A DNA stretch of 64,000 bases from Pedobacter sp. (lineage in GTDB: Bacteria; Desulfobacterota; Desulfuromonadia; Desulfuromonadales; Syntrophotaleaceae): contig JBFWJC010000003.1 of assembly GCA_050253415.1 (NCBI GenBank), forward strand, positions 128,001 to 192,000. The letters are read 5' to 3'. Made by a program: the position numbers and the translations under genes. This document shows, piece by piece, positions 1-10,266 of this stretch; position 1 is the first letter of the stretch; each line of letters starts with the position of its first letter. The notes beneath the pieces were generated by a model that was given only the letters and a program-made list of their open reading frames with translations, did not search any database and had not been told where the DNA came from.

Positions 1-59
1 AATACACAAAGCCATTAGCGCGGTACTGTTTGTTATTTAATCAATCACAGGAATTACCT

Positions 60-2894
60 ATGAGTGTTGTCTCTTCACGGTCTGCTGCTTATCAAGCGCT
101 TCAAGATACCATCCGCACTATGCCAAATTGCATTGCTATTGTTGACCAAAACAGGCGCATTGCCGCTTGCAACTGGTACGGTCTGGAATCTTTTCCACCT
201 CATCTGAAACATGCTCATCTCTTTTGTCATGAGATCTTTGATATTCACGCAGGACAGCCTTGCCAGCCCTGCGTGGTTGATACGGTTTTTGCCAGTGGGA
301 AACCGGGAACTTTTGAAAAAAAACTTCCTGAAAACGGGGTCGTACATGTCGAAGCATTCCCTGTGTTTGATGAAACGGGACAGGTTGCTTTTGTTGTTCA
401 GCAATTCAATTTTTCGACATTCCAACCTTATCCTGAAGATGAACTCGCCAATACGGCGCGGGTCATGGATACCTCCCATACGCCTTTTGGCGTGACCGAT
501 GTTGAAGGGAGAGTGATGTATGTCAATGCGGCTTTCCTTGATATGTGGGGTTACAATCACAAAGGCGAAATCATAGGGAAGAATGTTTCTTGTTTGTGGA
601 ACCGGGTAGAAGAGGCCGCAGCGGCCCTTGAAACTCTCCAACAACAGGACTACCTTTCCGCCGAAATGAGCGGCATAAATAGAAATGGCGATCCAGTTCG
701 CGCACAGGTGTCGGGGTCGCTGATAAGGAATTCAGGTGGCAATTCATCCTGCATCTGGGTCTCCTTCCTCGATATTACGCAGTATAAGGATGTTGAAAAG
801 CAACTTTATGACAGCGAGGCCCGGTTTCAGGAGATGGCCGACAGTCTGCCTCAGACCATTTTTGAGGCAGACACTTTTGGTCGGATTACTTTTGCCAACG
901 CTTATGCTTTTCAGTTGTTCGGATACAACCAGGCGGATATTGATGCGGGGATTAATATCATGCAGGTCATTGCTCCCAAGGACAGGATAAAGGCCATGGG
1001 ACTTGCGCAGAGGGTGCTCCAGGGGGAAATGGAGATCCGGGCGGATGTCGAGGCCTGCCGTCGTGACGGGAGTCGTTTTCCGGTGTTGGTTTGCAGCAAT
1101 CCGATCATTCGCGACCAGCGTATCGTGGGATTTCGCGGCACGCTGATGGATGTAAGCGAACAAAAGCGTATAGAGAAATCGTTGCGTACCAGTCAGGAGC
1201 GTTACCGTGCCCTGGTCGAAAACCAGGTTGAACTTGTGATGCGTTGGTTGCCCGACACCACGCTCACCTACGTGAATCCGGCCTATTGTCGATTTTTTGA
1301 AAAATCCGAGGACCAGCTCATCGGCCAGAAGTTCCTGCAGCAGGTACCGGAGATCTACCATAAATATCTCGGCCGACAGATCGCGTCGGTGCTGGAATAC
1401 CCCAAAACAGTATACTCCGAATTTCAATCCATCGCGGCCGATGGCAGGCCTGCATGGCATCGCTGGAGCGATACTCCGATTGTCGATCAGGATGGCAAGG
1501 TGGTGGAATTTCAATCCGTAGGGATGGATATCACCGAGCTTAAAGAGGCGTATCAACGATTGCATCGGAGCGAATTGCGCTATCAGCATCTGGCCCAGCA
1601 TGATCCGTTGACGGGGTTGCCTAACCAGGTTTTGCTGTTTGATCGTCTCAAACACGTGGTTTCGAAGTGCCGTCGATTCGGTCGTGCTTTTGCTCTACTG
1701 GTGGTTGACCTGGACCGCTTCAAAAAGGTCACCGATGCCTTGGGTCATGATGGCGCGGACCGAGTGCTGTGCCTGGTAGGTCAACGCTTCGGGGAAGTTG
1801 TGCGTGAATCTGACACTCTCGCCAAGATGAGTGGCGATGAATTTGTCATTATTTGCGACGAAATCAACAGTGCCGAAGGGCCTTCGGTCCTGGCGCAAAT
1901 GCTGTTGGACAGCCTGTCTGTGCCCTTTGAAATGAATGGACACATCCTTTCGCTGTCGGCCACGGTCGGGATTTCCTTCTGGAAAGATGGCATAAGCAGC
2001 CTCGAGAGCCTTGTGCAAGAAGCGGAACTTGCCATGCAGGAGGGCAAACGGCAAGGCGGTAATCGTTACCTTTTTTTCAACCGCCAGATGAGCGAACGTA
2101 CCAGGGATGAAGTTTGCGTGGAGGGGCTTCTGCGTCAGGCTATCCAGAATGATGCTTTGCATCTGGTTTTTTTGCCGCAAATCGATCTGGCCTCCGGTAC
2201 CACTGCCGGCATTGAGACCCTGGCGCGCTTGAACGACCCTGACGGTAACTGTATCCTCCCAGGCGAGTTTGTTCCCATTGCCGAAAAAACCGGGCTTATC
2301 CTGGAGCTGGGGGATTGGGTTCTGGAAAAAGCCTGCGAACAGAATTGTCGTTGGCAGGAGGCGGGTTTTGTTCCGACTGTCATAACTGTCAACGTTTCCC
2401 CCGAACAGTTCAGTCAATCCGATTTTGCCGATCGGGTCATGGGCATACTGGCTAAAACAGGGATGAAACCTTGTTGGCTCGAGCTTGAGATCAACGAACG
2501 CGCCATTATGGAGAACGTTGTCCATGCTATCGAAGTGATGGAAATGTTGACCAGGGTGGGTGTTCGTTTTGCTATTGATGATTTTGGTAAAGGATTTTCT
2601 TCCCTGGCGCATCTGCGGCACCTGCCTGTCTCCAAGTTGAAAATCGACCGTACCTTTACCCGGCATGTGCCGGAGAATGCCTTGGATGTCAAGCTGGTCA
2701 ACGCTGTTGTTGCCTTGGCGCGTAGTTTGGGGGTACAAACGGTTGTGGAAGGGGTGGAAAGCGACACGCAATGTGAGTATTTCCGAGGACTACAGTGTGA
2801 TCTGGCACAGGGCTATTTGTTCGGACCGCCAAAATCGGCAGGGGAGATTTTCGATTTTTTAACCTGTCGTGACGGTGATGAGCCACCTGTGTAA
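60..2894 (+). CDS. Multi-PAS GGDEF-EAL protein (diguanylate cyclase/phosphodiesterase)
   Basis: About four PAS/PAC repeats, then HDPLTGLPN, DLDRFK, RESD..SGDEF, and an EAL domain (ETLAR, DDFGKGFSSL, LKID, EGVE, QGY). ATG at 60 follows AGGA and is preferred over the TTG at 30. Confidence 0.93.
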   Translation: MSVVSSRSAAYQALQDTIRTMPNCIAIVDQNRRIAACNWYGLESFPPHLKHAHLFCHEIFDIHAGQPCQPCVVDTVFASGKPGTFEKKLPENGVVHVEAFPVFDETGQVAFVVQQFNFSTFQPYPEDELANTARVMDTSHTPFGVTDVEGRVMYVNAAFLDMWGYNHKGEIIGKNVSCLWNRVEEAAAALETLQQQDYLSAEMSGINRNGDPVRAQVSGSLIRNSGGNSSCIWVSFLDITQYKDVEKQLYDSEARFQEMADSLPQTIFEADTFGRITFANAYAFQLFGYNQADIDAGINIMQVIAPKDRIKAMGLAQRVLQGEMEIRADVEACRRDGSRFPVLVCSNPIIRDQRIVGFRGTLMDVSEQKRIEKSLRTSQERYRALVENQVELVMRWLPDTTLTYVNPAYCRFFEKSEDQLIGQKFLQQVPEIYHKYLGRQIASVLEYPKTVYSEFQSIAADGRPAWHRWSDTPIVDQDGKVVEFQSVGMDITELKEAYQRLHRSELRYQHLAQHDPLTGLPNQVLLFDRLKHVVSKCRRFGRAFALLVVDLDRFKKVTDALGHDGADRVLCLVGQRFGEVVRESDTLAKMSGDEFVIICDEINSAEGPSVLAQMLLDSLSVPFEMNGHILSLSATVGISFWKDGISSLESLVQEAELAMQEGKRQGGNRYLFFNRQMSERTRDEVCVEGLLRQAIQNDALHLVFLPQIDLASGTTAGIETLARLNDPDGNCILPGEFVPIAEKTGLILELGDWVLEKACEQNCRWQEAGFVPTVITVNVSPEQFSQSDFADRVMGILAKTGMKPCWLELEINERAIMENVVHAIEVMEMLTRVGVRFAIDDFGKGFSSLAHLRHLPVSKLKIDRTFTRHVPENALDVKLVNAVVALARSLGVQTVVEGVESDTQCEYFRGLQCDLAQGYLFGPPKSAGEIFDFLTCRDGDEPPV

Positions 2895-2972
2895 TGCATC
2901 TGTAAAATGTTTAGCGTTGGGTGTTACCTGCTTCAGGCGCCATTTTTACGAATGGCGTATCGGGAGCGACTA

Positions 2973-3962
2973 TCAATCTGGTATCGCATGGTTTGATAGA
3001 CCCTTCTTTGGTAAATCATCAATCTCTTTTGCCTCTGAAGGAGCCCCGCAGGTGCGATTGCGTCCGCTATCCTTGGCCTGATAAAGGGCTTTGTCGGCCT
3101 GTGAAAGTAGTGAGTGGATGCTGACATCCTGTGGATTCAGTGCAGCCAGACCCAGGCTTATTCGCATATGTATAATGCCGGTATCTGTTTTAAGCTCGGT
3201 GTTTTCAATGCTCCTGCGGATGCGCTCCGCAACCGACCATGCCTCGTTTAGATCTGTCGACAGGCACAGGATGGCGAACTCTTCACCACCGACCCGGGCC
3301 AGGATATCGGTATCGCGTAATTGGGGTCGAATGGTGTTCGTCAGATGAGCCAATGCCCGGTCGCCTTCAATATGGCCAAAACGGTCATTGATGGATTTGA
3401 AATGATCGACATCGAGGGATATCAGGGAAAGATTATGATGACGGCGTCTGGCAAGTTCACATTCCTTTTCCAGCCTCTGCATGAAGTAGCGCCGGTTATA
3501 AGCGCCCGTCAGGTCATCCAGTTCAGAAAGACGCTTCAGGCGTTCTTCCATCGTTTTTTGTTCGCTGACATTGATGGCGAGCCAAACTGCCGCCGGTTTT
3601 TTGCCGGGGTGTGAAGCTACCGGGTATACCCGCCCATGAAACCACTGCGGTCCTGTCGGGCCATTTGTTTCGGTGACGCAGACTTCGGCAGAGTCAAGGA
3701 TATAGTCGCACGTTTGCAAGGCGCCGGTATCGATGGCTTTTCGCACCACATCAAGAAACAGTTTCCATTTTTCTTCCGGCAGGACATCCTGCATGAAGCA
3801 ACCGATCAGGCCCTGTCCTGAATCATAATGGGATCGCGAGCGGCCTCCGAATACAGCCACATATCGGCCGTCATAGTCGAGTACAAAAATCGGTGCAGGA
3901 AGCGAATCCGCCACCGCCTGGATCTGGTCATATAACTCAGTGCATGCCTTGTCCTGGCTCAT
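2973..3962 (-). CDS. PAS-domain diguanylate cyclase
   Basis: DDLTGAYNRR, DVDHFKSINDRFGH, RxxD I-site (RDTD) and GGEEF; N-terminal PAS-like domain. Confidence 0.93.
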   Translation of the reverse strand: MSQDKACTELYDQIQAVADSLPAPIFVLDYDGRYVAVFGGRSRSHYDSGQGLIGCFMQDVLPEEKWKLFLDVVRKAIDTGALQTCDYILDSAEVCVTETNGPTGPQWFHGRVYPVASHPGKKPAAVWLAINVSEQKTMEERLKRLSELDDLTGAYNRRYFMQRLEKECELARRRHHNLSLISLDVDHFKSINDRFGHIEGDRALAHLTNTIRPQLRDTDILARVGGEEFAILCLSTDLNEAWSVAERIRRSIENTELKTDTGIIHMRISLGLAALNPQDVSIHSLLSQADKALYQAKDSGRNRTCGAPSEAKEIDDLPKKGLSNHAIPD

Positions 3963-4314
3963 AACTCTTCCTTACTTACGGATTAGCTTGAAGTATACGC
4001 TGATTGTGTGGGATTTTCCAGCTTTTCACTCAGGTTCCAGATCAGGTGATGGTTTGGAGGTTGGGGACTGCTGTTTGGGCAAACCGTGATGCATCACCGC
4101 ATCGTTTCGTGGCGGGGCGGCATTTCGAACAGGGGGGATGTCTGGCGAAAATGTCTATCGATATACTGAAAATCGAAAAGGGGTATGGCAGTCAAGGTAT
4201 CCGCAGGTCATTGTTTTTTCACTGCTTTTAAGCCCAGGGTATATATTCCTTGAACAATGTCTCCAATTTTGTTAAAAAGGGCGTTCTATTTTATCTAAAA
4301 GGAGGGCTCTGACA

Positions 4315-5082
4315 ATGGGGCTTATGACTGGTAAACGCGGCATTATTTTTGGTGTGGCGAATGAACTGAGCATTGCCTGGGGAATCGCCCAGCAACTGCA
4401 TGCTGCCGGGGCCACTCTGGCTTTTACTTATCTCAATGGTGCTCTGGAGAAACGCGTTCGTCCTCTTGCCGAGAGTGTCAATGCTGATCTTATCCTGCCT
4501 TGCGATCTCGCCAAGGATGAGGATATCGAAGCGGTATACGAAGAGGTTGGCAAGAAGTGGGGCAAAATCGATTTCGTTGTCCATGCGGTGGCTTTTGCCA
4601 ACCGCGATGACCTCAAAAACCCCTTCAGCCAGACCAGCCGTGCCGGTTTCAGCCTTGCCATGGACATCAGCGCATACACCCTGGTCGCTGTGACTCGCGG
4701 TGCACTGCCGTTGATGAATGAAGGTGGCAGCATCGTCACTCTGTCGTACCTCGGCGCCGTTCGCGCTGTACCCAACTACAACGTCATGGGCGTGGCCAAG
4801 GCCGCACTGGAAGCATCGACGCGTTACCTGGCCGCCGAAGTGGGCGCCAAAAACATCCGTGTGAACGCAATTTCGGCCGGTCCTATCAAGACCCTGGCTT
4901 CTTCTGCGGTGGGGCAGTTCAAGGAAAAACTGCGCATCATGGATGAAGTCGCGCCGTTGCATCGTACCGTCACTCAGGAGGAAGTCGGAAAGTCGGCTCT
5001 TTACCTGCTGTCCGATCTTTCCAGTGGCGTTACCGGTGAAGTGCACTATGTCGATGCCGGTTTCAATTTCGTCGTTGGCTAA
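4315..5082 (+). CDS. fabI: Enoyl-ACP reductase
   Basis: GVANELSIAWGIA, YNVMGVAKAALE, NAISAGPIKTLA; SD AGGAGG. Confidence 0.97.
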   Translation: MGLMTGKRGIIFGVANELSIAWGIAQQLHAAGATLAFTYLNGALEKRVRPLAESVNADLILPCDLAKDEDIEAVYEEVGKKWGKIDFVVHAVAFANRDDLKNPFSQTSRAGFSLAMDISAYTLVAVTRGALPLMNEGGSIVTLSYLGAVRAVPNYNVMGVAKAALEASTRYLAAEVGAKNIRVNAISAGPIKTLASSAVGQFKEKLRIMDEVAPLHRTVTQEEVGKSALYLLSDLSSGVTGEVHYVDAGFNFVVG

Positions 5083-5117
5083 GTCGAAATGACAGTGCTT
5101 AAAACCTGTATATCTGC

Positions 5118-5149
5118 AAAAGGACCTTTAGGGGTCCTTTTTGTTTTTT
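5118..5149 (+). terminator. Intrinsic terminator after fabI
   Basis: AAAAGGACC-tttagg-GGTCCTTTT followed by T-rich tail. Confidence 0.75.
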
Positions 5150-5157
5150 AGGGACTT

Positions 5158-6801
5158 ATGCTAATTCACGGAAATCTGACGGGGCTCAAATCCAGCCAGA
5201 TCAAGGCGTTGGAGCGGATTTACCGGAGGCGGGTGCCACCGGATCAGATCGTTACGCCGGAGTTGGCCCGTTACCTGACCGAACAATCTCTTGAGATTCG
5301 CCGTCAGATCGGGTTGATTATCGATCGCAGCGGCACGGTTCGGTACGTCATTGTCGGTGATGATCGTGAAATCGTGATCCCCGATCTGTCTGACTATGGC
5401 CGTGGGCGTAGCGGCCTGCGAGGGTTGCGCTGTATCCACACCCACTTGGCTGGCGAGTCGTTGAGCGAGGACGACCTGACCGACCTGGCGTTACTGTGTC
5501 TTGATTTGATGGTAATGATCAGCGTCGGTGAGACCGGCTTGCCCGGACGGGTTGAGTATGCTCATCCGCTCCCCCCCAACCCTGAAGGCAAAACGGTTGA
5601 GATTACAACCGTGCCCTCGGTGTACGATCTGGATCTGGATCTCGACAGGGTTTTACGCTCGCTGGAACAGGAACTTGAAACCAAGATTGCCGAAACCGTC
5701 GACCTTTCCGATCCCAGAGAAAAAGGCATCCTTATATCCGTCAGTCAACAACCGCGCTATGAAGTCGAAGATTCCCTCGATGAATTGACTGAACTGGCCC
5801 GCACCGCCGAGGTAGTGGTGCTGGACAGATTCATTCAACGGCCGCGCCAGCTGAATCCCAAATACCTGCTGGGGGAGGGGAAGGTCAAAGAGGTCATTAT
5901 CCGCGCCCTGCAACAAGGGGCCACCCTGTTGATTTTTGACCAGGATCTCAGCCCGGCGCAGGTAAGGGCCATCGCCGAAATCACCGATTTGAAAGTCATC
6001 GATCGTTCCCAGTTGATTCTGGATATTTTTGCCCGCAGGGCCCATACCCGCGACGGTAAGGTTCAGGTCGAACTGGCGCAGCTTAAATATATCCTGCCGC
6101 GCCTTGTCGGCCGGGGGGTCGCCTTTTCGCGGCTTATGGGTGGCATTGGTGGTCGCGGTCCCGGGGAAACCAAACTGGAGATCGATCGTCGTCGCATTCG
6201 CGATCGTATAACCCGGCTCGAAAACGAACTGAAAAATCTGTCCAAGGGGCGTTTGCAGAGGCGGCAGCGCCGAATTCGTTCCGGCGTGCCGATTATTTCC
6301 ATCGTCGGTTATACCAACGCCGGCAAGTCGACCCTGCTTAATGCCCTGACTCAAAGCAAAGTTTTTACCGAAGATCTTTTGTTTGCAACCCTCGATACCT
6401 CCAGCCGACGATTGCGCTTTCCCATGGAGCGTGAAGTCATCATTACCGATACCGTCGGTTTTATTCGCAAGCTTCCAAAAAGTTTGATTGGCGCGTTCCG
6501 TGCAACACTCGAGGAGCTGCAAGACGCAGATCTGCTTTTGCACGTGGTGGATGTTTCCAATCCACGGTTTGAGGAGCATATCGCTGCGGTGGAAAAAATC
6601 CTTGATGATCTGGATCTTGGGTTGATCCCCCGACAGCTTGTTTTCAATAAAATGGACCTTGTATCGGTTCAGCAGGTCGAAGCGTTATGCCGTCGGTTTG
6701 ACGCCATTGCGGTCAGCGCCCGTGACCGCAAGACCTTTGAACCCTTACTGGAAATGCTCGAAGGTCGCTTCTGGCCTCGGGAAATGGAAGGGTCGGATTG
6801 A
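5158..6801 (+). CDS. hflX: GTPase HflX, long form with N-terminal extension
   Basis: GGIGGRGPGETKLE, GYTNAGKST, LFATLD, DTVGF, NKMD. Confidence 0.96.
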   Translation: MLIHGNLTGLKSSQIKALERIYRRRVPPDQIVTPELARYLTEQSLEIRRQIGLIIDRSGTVRYVIVGDDREIVIPDLSDYGRGRSGLRGLRCIHTHLAGESLSEDDLTDLALLCLDLMVMISVGETGLPGRVEYAHPLPPNPEGKTVEITTVPSVYDLDLDLDRVLRSLEQELETKIAETVDLSDPREKGILISVSQQPRYEVEDSLDELTELARTAEVVVLDRFIQRPRQLNPKYLLGEGKVKEVIIRALQQGATLLIFDQDLSPAQVRAIAEITDLKVIDRSQLILDIFARRAHTRDGKVQVELAQLKYILPRLVGRGVAFSRLMGGIGGRGPGETKLEIDRRRIRDRITRLENELKNLSKGRLQRRQRRIRSGVPIISIVGYTNAGKSTLLNALTQSKVFTEDLLFATLDTSSRRLRFPMEREVIITDTVGFIRKLPKSLIGAFRATLEELQDADLLLHVVDVSNPRFEEHIAAVEKILDDLDLGLIPRQLVFNKMDLVSVQQVEALCRRFDAIAVSARDRKTFEPLLEMLEGRFWPREMEGSD

Positions 6802-6821
6802 AATCCGGTTAATGTGAACGA

Positions 6822-8672
6822 ATGGCTAAAAGATATATAGTATTTTTGCTCGTGGGGCTGATGGCTGGTTGCCAGATGCCTGTGCGGCCTGTTTCGGGAC
6901 CCTCGGATAGCGGCAAAAATTCTCCCGCGCGCCCCGGAGTAGCAGCAAAAAGTGCCGGGCAGGTCAAATCGCTGGCCGGATTGACGGTTGCCGATGGATT
7001 GGACGGGAGCGAAGACGAAGACGAACAAAACCTGGGAGAGGGGGAAGATGTGGCCGATGGCTGTGTCGTCACTGTTGACCCCGAAACCCTGGAGGACATG
7101 GAACTTCTTTCGGATGTTGACAAATTGCCGCCGGAAGACGAAGGAGTTACTGCGGTCGAGGGTGATCAGGTCTATGATATTTCGGTAGTGGAAAACGAAA
7201 AAGTCCGTTATTTCATCGACTACTATGCCAATCGCGGTAGCCGTGGATTCCGGCGGTGGCTTGAACGCTCGGGGCGTTACCTGCCCATGATGCAGGCCAT
7301 CTTTACTGAAAAAGGGTTACCCCGTGATCTGACGTATCTCGCCATGATCGAGTCGGGTTTCAACGAAAAGGCGTGCAGTCGTGCCAACGCGGTAGGGCCG
7401 TGGCAATTTATGGCCGGTACCGGTAAGATGTACGGTCTGCAAAACGAATGGTGGCGCGATGAACGGCGCGATCCGATTAAATCGACGATCGCTGCAGCCC
7501 ATCATCTTCGGGATCTTCATGCACGTTTTGAAGGCGACTGGAACCTTGCCATTGCCGCATACAATGCGGGTGCTGGCAAGGTCAGTCAGGCTATCCGGAA
7601 TTCCGGAAGTCGTGACTTCTGGAAGCTCAGCAGGGAAGGTCACTTGCATACGGAAACCCGCAATTACCTGCCTAAACTGTTTGCGGTGCTGCATATCGCC
7701 AAAAATCCTGCGAAATACGGTTTCGAAGATATTCACTATCAGGAACCGCTGGCGTATGACGAAGTCGCATTGCCCAGTAGTACGGATCTGGATATCGTTG
7801 CCCGGTTGTGTGGGGTGGAGTACGATGCTATTCAGAAACTTAATCCCGAATTGAAACGTTGGTGCACGCCGCCCGGCATCAAAGATTATAAGTTACGTAT
7901 TCCCGTCGGTAAGCGTGATGCCTTTTTGACCGCATATGCAGGAATTCCCGCCAACCAGCGGGCAAATTACAGCCATTATCGGATCCGCTCAGGTGATACG
8001 CTCGGTGCCCTGGCTGCGCGTTTTGGAGTCAAGACGCGGGATATCATGACTTTGAACCGCATCAAAAGCCCACGCAGCTTGCGCATCGGGACGGATCTTA
8101 TCCTGCCGCTGAGCCCCGATTATGCCCAGAACGCTTTGGCTTCTCTGGGGGATGATTATGACCGCACTCCGGTAAGATCCCACAAGGTTCGACAGGGGGA
8201 TACGTTATGGAAGATAGCGCGCCGGTATAATATGTCGCCGGCTCAACTGGCGGCTAAAAACGGCATGCGCGTTGATGGCGTGTTGCGCCCCGGTAAGGTT
8301 TTGAAGGTGGCGGGCAGTGCCGCGGTATCGGCCAGGTCGGCCGAGACCTACAAAGTGCGTTCGGGCGATAATCTATGGACAATTGCCAAGCGTTTCGGGG
8401 TAAGCACGGATCGACTGTGCGCCTGGAACGATCTGAGCAAGGCCAGCGTTTTGAAGCCGGGCATGGTTCTCAAACTATCCGGAGTTGCCACGGGGACACA
8501 ACCACGAAAAATCGTTTATCAGGTTCGTTCCGGGGACAGTCTGTGGAGTATTAGTCGGCGCTTCAGTCTGTCCGTGGTTAAGATCAGGAACTGGAACAAT
8601 CTTGCCAACAATCAGGTGCTGCGCCCAGGGCAAAAACTGACTCTTCATGTCAGTTCGGACCATCGGGGATAA
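6822..8672 (+). CDS. mltD: Lytic transglycosylase lipoprotein with SLT domain and about four LysM repeats (MltD-like)
   Basis: Lipobox MAGC; IESGF, GPWQFM, AAYNAG, ETRNY; repeated GDTL/GDNL/GDSL LysM motifs. Confidence 0.9.
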   Translation: MAKRYIVFLLVGLMAGCQMPVRPVSGPSDSGKNSPARPGVAAKSAGQVKSLAGLTVADGLDGSEDEDEQNLGEGEDVADGCVVTVDPETLEDMELLSDVDKLPPEDEGVTAVEGDQVYDISVVENEKVRYFIDYYANRGSRGFRRWLERSGRYLPMMQAIFTEKGLPRDLTYLAMIESGFNEKACSRANAVGPWQFMAGTGKMYGLQNEWWRDERRDPIKSTIAAAHHLRDLHARFEGDWNLAIAAYNAGAGKVSQAIRNSGSRDFWKLSREGHLHTETRNYLPKLFAVLHIAKNPAKYGFEDIHYQEPLAYDEVALPSSTDLDIVARLCGVEYDAIQKLNPELKRWCTPPGIKDYKLRIPVGKRDAFLTAYAGIPANQRANYSHYRIRSGDTLGALAARFGVKTRDIMTLNRIKSPRSLRIGTDLILPLSPDYAQNALASLGDDYDRTPVRSHKVRQGDTLWKIARRYNMSPAQLAAKNGMRVDGVLRPGKVLKVAGSAAVSARSAETYKVRSGDNLWTIAKRFGVSTDRLCAWNDLSKASVLKPGMVLKLSGVATGTQPRKIVYQVRSGDSLWSISRRFSLSVVKIRNWNNLANNQVLRPGQKLTLHVSSDHRG

Positions 8673-8676
8673 GCTT

Positions 8677-8705
8677 TTGACATTTTTTAGGCACGTTGCT
8701 ACACT
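8677..8705 (+). promoter_or_regulatory. Sigma70-type promoter
   Basis: TTGACA-17 nt-TACACT upstream of the CDS at 8751. Confidence 0.7.
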
Positions 8706-8750
8706 GCCTGGCGCATTGTATGTTAACCATGTGAAAGGATCCCCCCGTTT

Positions 8751-9476
8751 ATGATCAATCTGGCTATTTCATTGGCAGTGTATTTAGCTGTTGTCGGCCT
8801 GCTTCAGGTAACCGTCAGTCTCGATACCTGGATTAATGCCCTTATCGGTCTGGCTGTTTTTGCCCTGGTTTATTTCCTGCTGAGTCGTCGTGTGCTTAAA
8901 AAGCTTACTGCGGTGATGGAAGAGGTTCAGCGGGATATGCTGGCCGGGAGGGCCGAAAAGGCCATCAAAATTCTGGAGGCTTCCTTGCCCCTGGGTAAAT
9001 GGCAATTCCTGGTATCTTCTCAATTGCATTCCCAGATCGGCAGTCTTTACTACCTGAAGCGTGATTTCGGTAAGGCATTTGACTATCTTCAAAAGGGATT
9101 CAGCCGCCACTGGCCTTCGATGGGCATGCTTGCCATCTGTTATATGAAACGCAACAAACTTGATAAAATGGTGCAAACGTTTGAAAAGGCTGTCAGCTTG
9201 ACCCGCAACGAAGCCATGCTATGGAACTTGTATGCCTATTGCCTGGAAAAGGTCGGTAATCATGCCCAGGCCATTGAAGTCATGAAAAAAGGGATCAAGA
9301 AAGCAGGTAATGACGATAACCTGCAGCAAAATCTCGATGCCTTGCTTGAAGGCCGGAAAATGAAGATGCAGGTCTATGGTGATATGTGGCTGCAATTTCA
9401 TCTCGAAAAAACCGGTACCATTGTCAAGCAACAGACCAAGGCGATGCAGGGACGGCGCAAAATTGTAAGGCGGTAA
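8751..9476 (+). CDS. Membrane-anchored TPR-like protein
   Basis: Two N-terminal hydrophobic helices followed by TPR-like helical repeats; SD AAAGGA. Confidence 0.75.
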   Translation: MINLAISLAVYLAVVGLLQVTVSLDTWINALIGLAVFALVYFLLSRRVLKKLTAVMEEVQRDMLAGRAEKAIKILEASLPLGKWQFLVSSQLHSQIGSLYYLKRDFGKAFDYLQKGFSRHWPSMGMLAICYMKRNKLDKMVQTFEKAVSLTRNEAMLWNLYAYCLEKVGNHAQAIEVMKKGIKKAGNDDNLQQNLDALLEGRKMKMQVYGDMWLQFHLEKTGTIVKQQTKAMQGRRKIVRR

Positions 9477-9478
9477 TC

Positions 9479-10165
9479 GTGGCTCGCAAGAAAAAACAAC
9501 AAAAAAGCACCCGTGAATTTAAAGAAAGCCCCTTCAAAACATTGAAGGGGCTTGTCCTTTCTGGTCAAGCAACGTCTTCGGTGAAAAAAATAGAAAAGAA
9601 ACCTGAGGTGGAAGAAGAGGTTGACGATAGTTCCCTGTTTGAGCGGGAAATGACGATGTTGAATGTTGAAAAGCGTCATGGCAGTGAGGTTGGTCGGCCT
9701 TTGCCGCCGGAATCCCAGGAATCGGAGCCCACTCCGGTACATAACCCCACTCCAGTGACTGATCAAGAACTCTTTCTTTCCGCCCTTGGCAGTATGGACA
9801 GCGTTTTCAGGGACGAACTGCCGCAGGAAGAGGAACCACATGCCTCGCCGCGGCGTATGAAACAGTTGCGCCAGGGGAAGCTTGCTCCCGAAGCGCAGCT
9901 TGATCTTCATGGCGCAACCCGTGAGGAAGCGCGGCAAAAAGTTGGCTATTTTTTAGAGGATTGCGTTTATCAGGGTTATAAGACCGTCCTTGTCATTACC
10001 GGCCGGGGAAAGGGGTCTCTCGAAGGTCCTGTCCTGCGGGATGATATGGAAAAGTATCTTTCCCACGATGCATCAGCCTGGGTGGTTGAATGGGGGCGTG
10101 CGCCGGCACGATATGGTGGGGACGGCGCGTTAGTCGTGTATTTAAGATCCTCACTGAAAAAGTGA
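9479..10165 (+). CDS. Smr/MutS2 C-terminal domain protein
   Basis: LDLHG, VITGRG, GGDGALVV; GTG start 2 nt after the upstream stop. Confidence 0.9.
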   Translation: MARKKKQQKSTREFKESPFKTLKGLVLSGQATSSVKKIEKKPEVEEEVDDSSLFEREMTMLNVEKRHGSEVGRPLPPESQESEPTPVHNPTPVTDQELFLSALGSMDSVFRDELPQEEEPHASPRRMKQLRQGKLAPEAQLDLHGATREEARQKVGYFLEDCVYQGYKTVLVITGRGKGSLEGPVLRDDMEKYLSHDASAWVVEWGRAPARYGGDGALVVYLRSSLKK

Positions 10166-10176
10166 TGTTTCAATAT

Positions 10177-10212
10177 CAAGAAAGGCCGCAGCGTTTGCTG
10201 CGGCCTTTCTTG
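10177..10212. terminator. Bidirectional terminator between convergent smr and rne
   Basis: CAAGAAAGGCCGCAGC-gttt-GCTGCGGCCTTTCTTG, a perfect 16-bp stem. Confidence 0.85.
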
Positions 10213-10266
10213 TTGATGTTCATGGGGAGTGCTGATTCGTCCCTGGAGAGGATTCTATCAGACGCC

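Noticed and set aside
4076..4110. GGGCAAACC near two c-di-GMP genes as a GEMM riboswitch
   Set aside because: No GNRA-capped P2, no GACGCAAA and no P3; it is also on the wrong strand for the cyclase gene.
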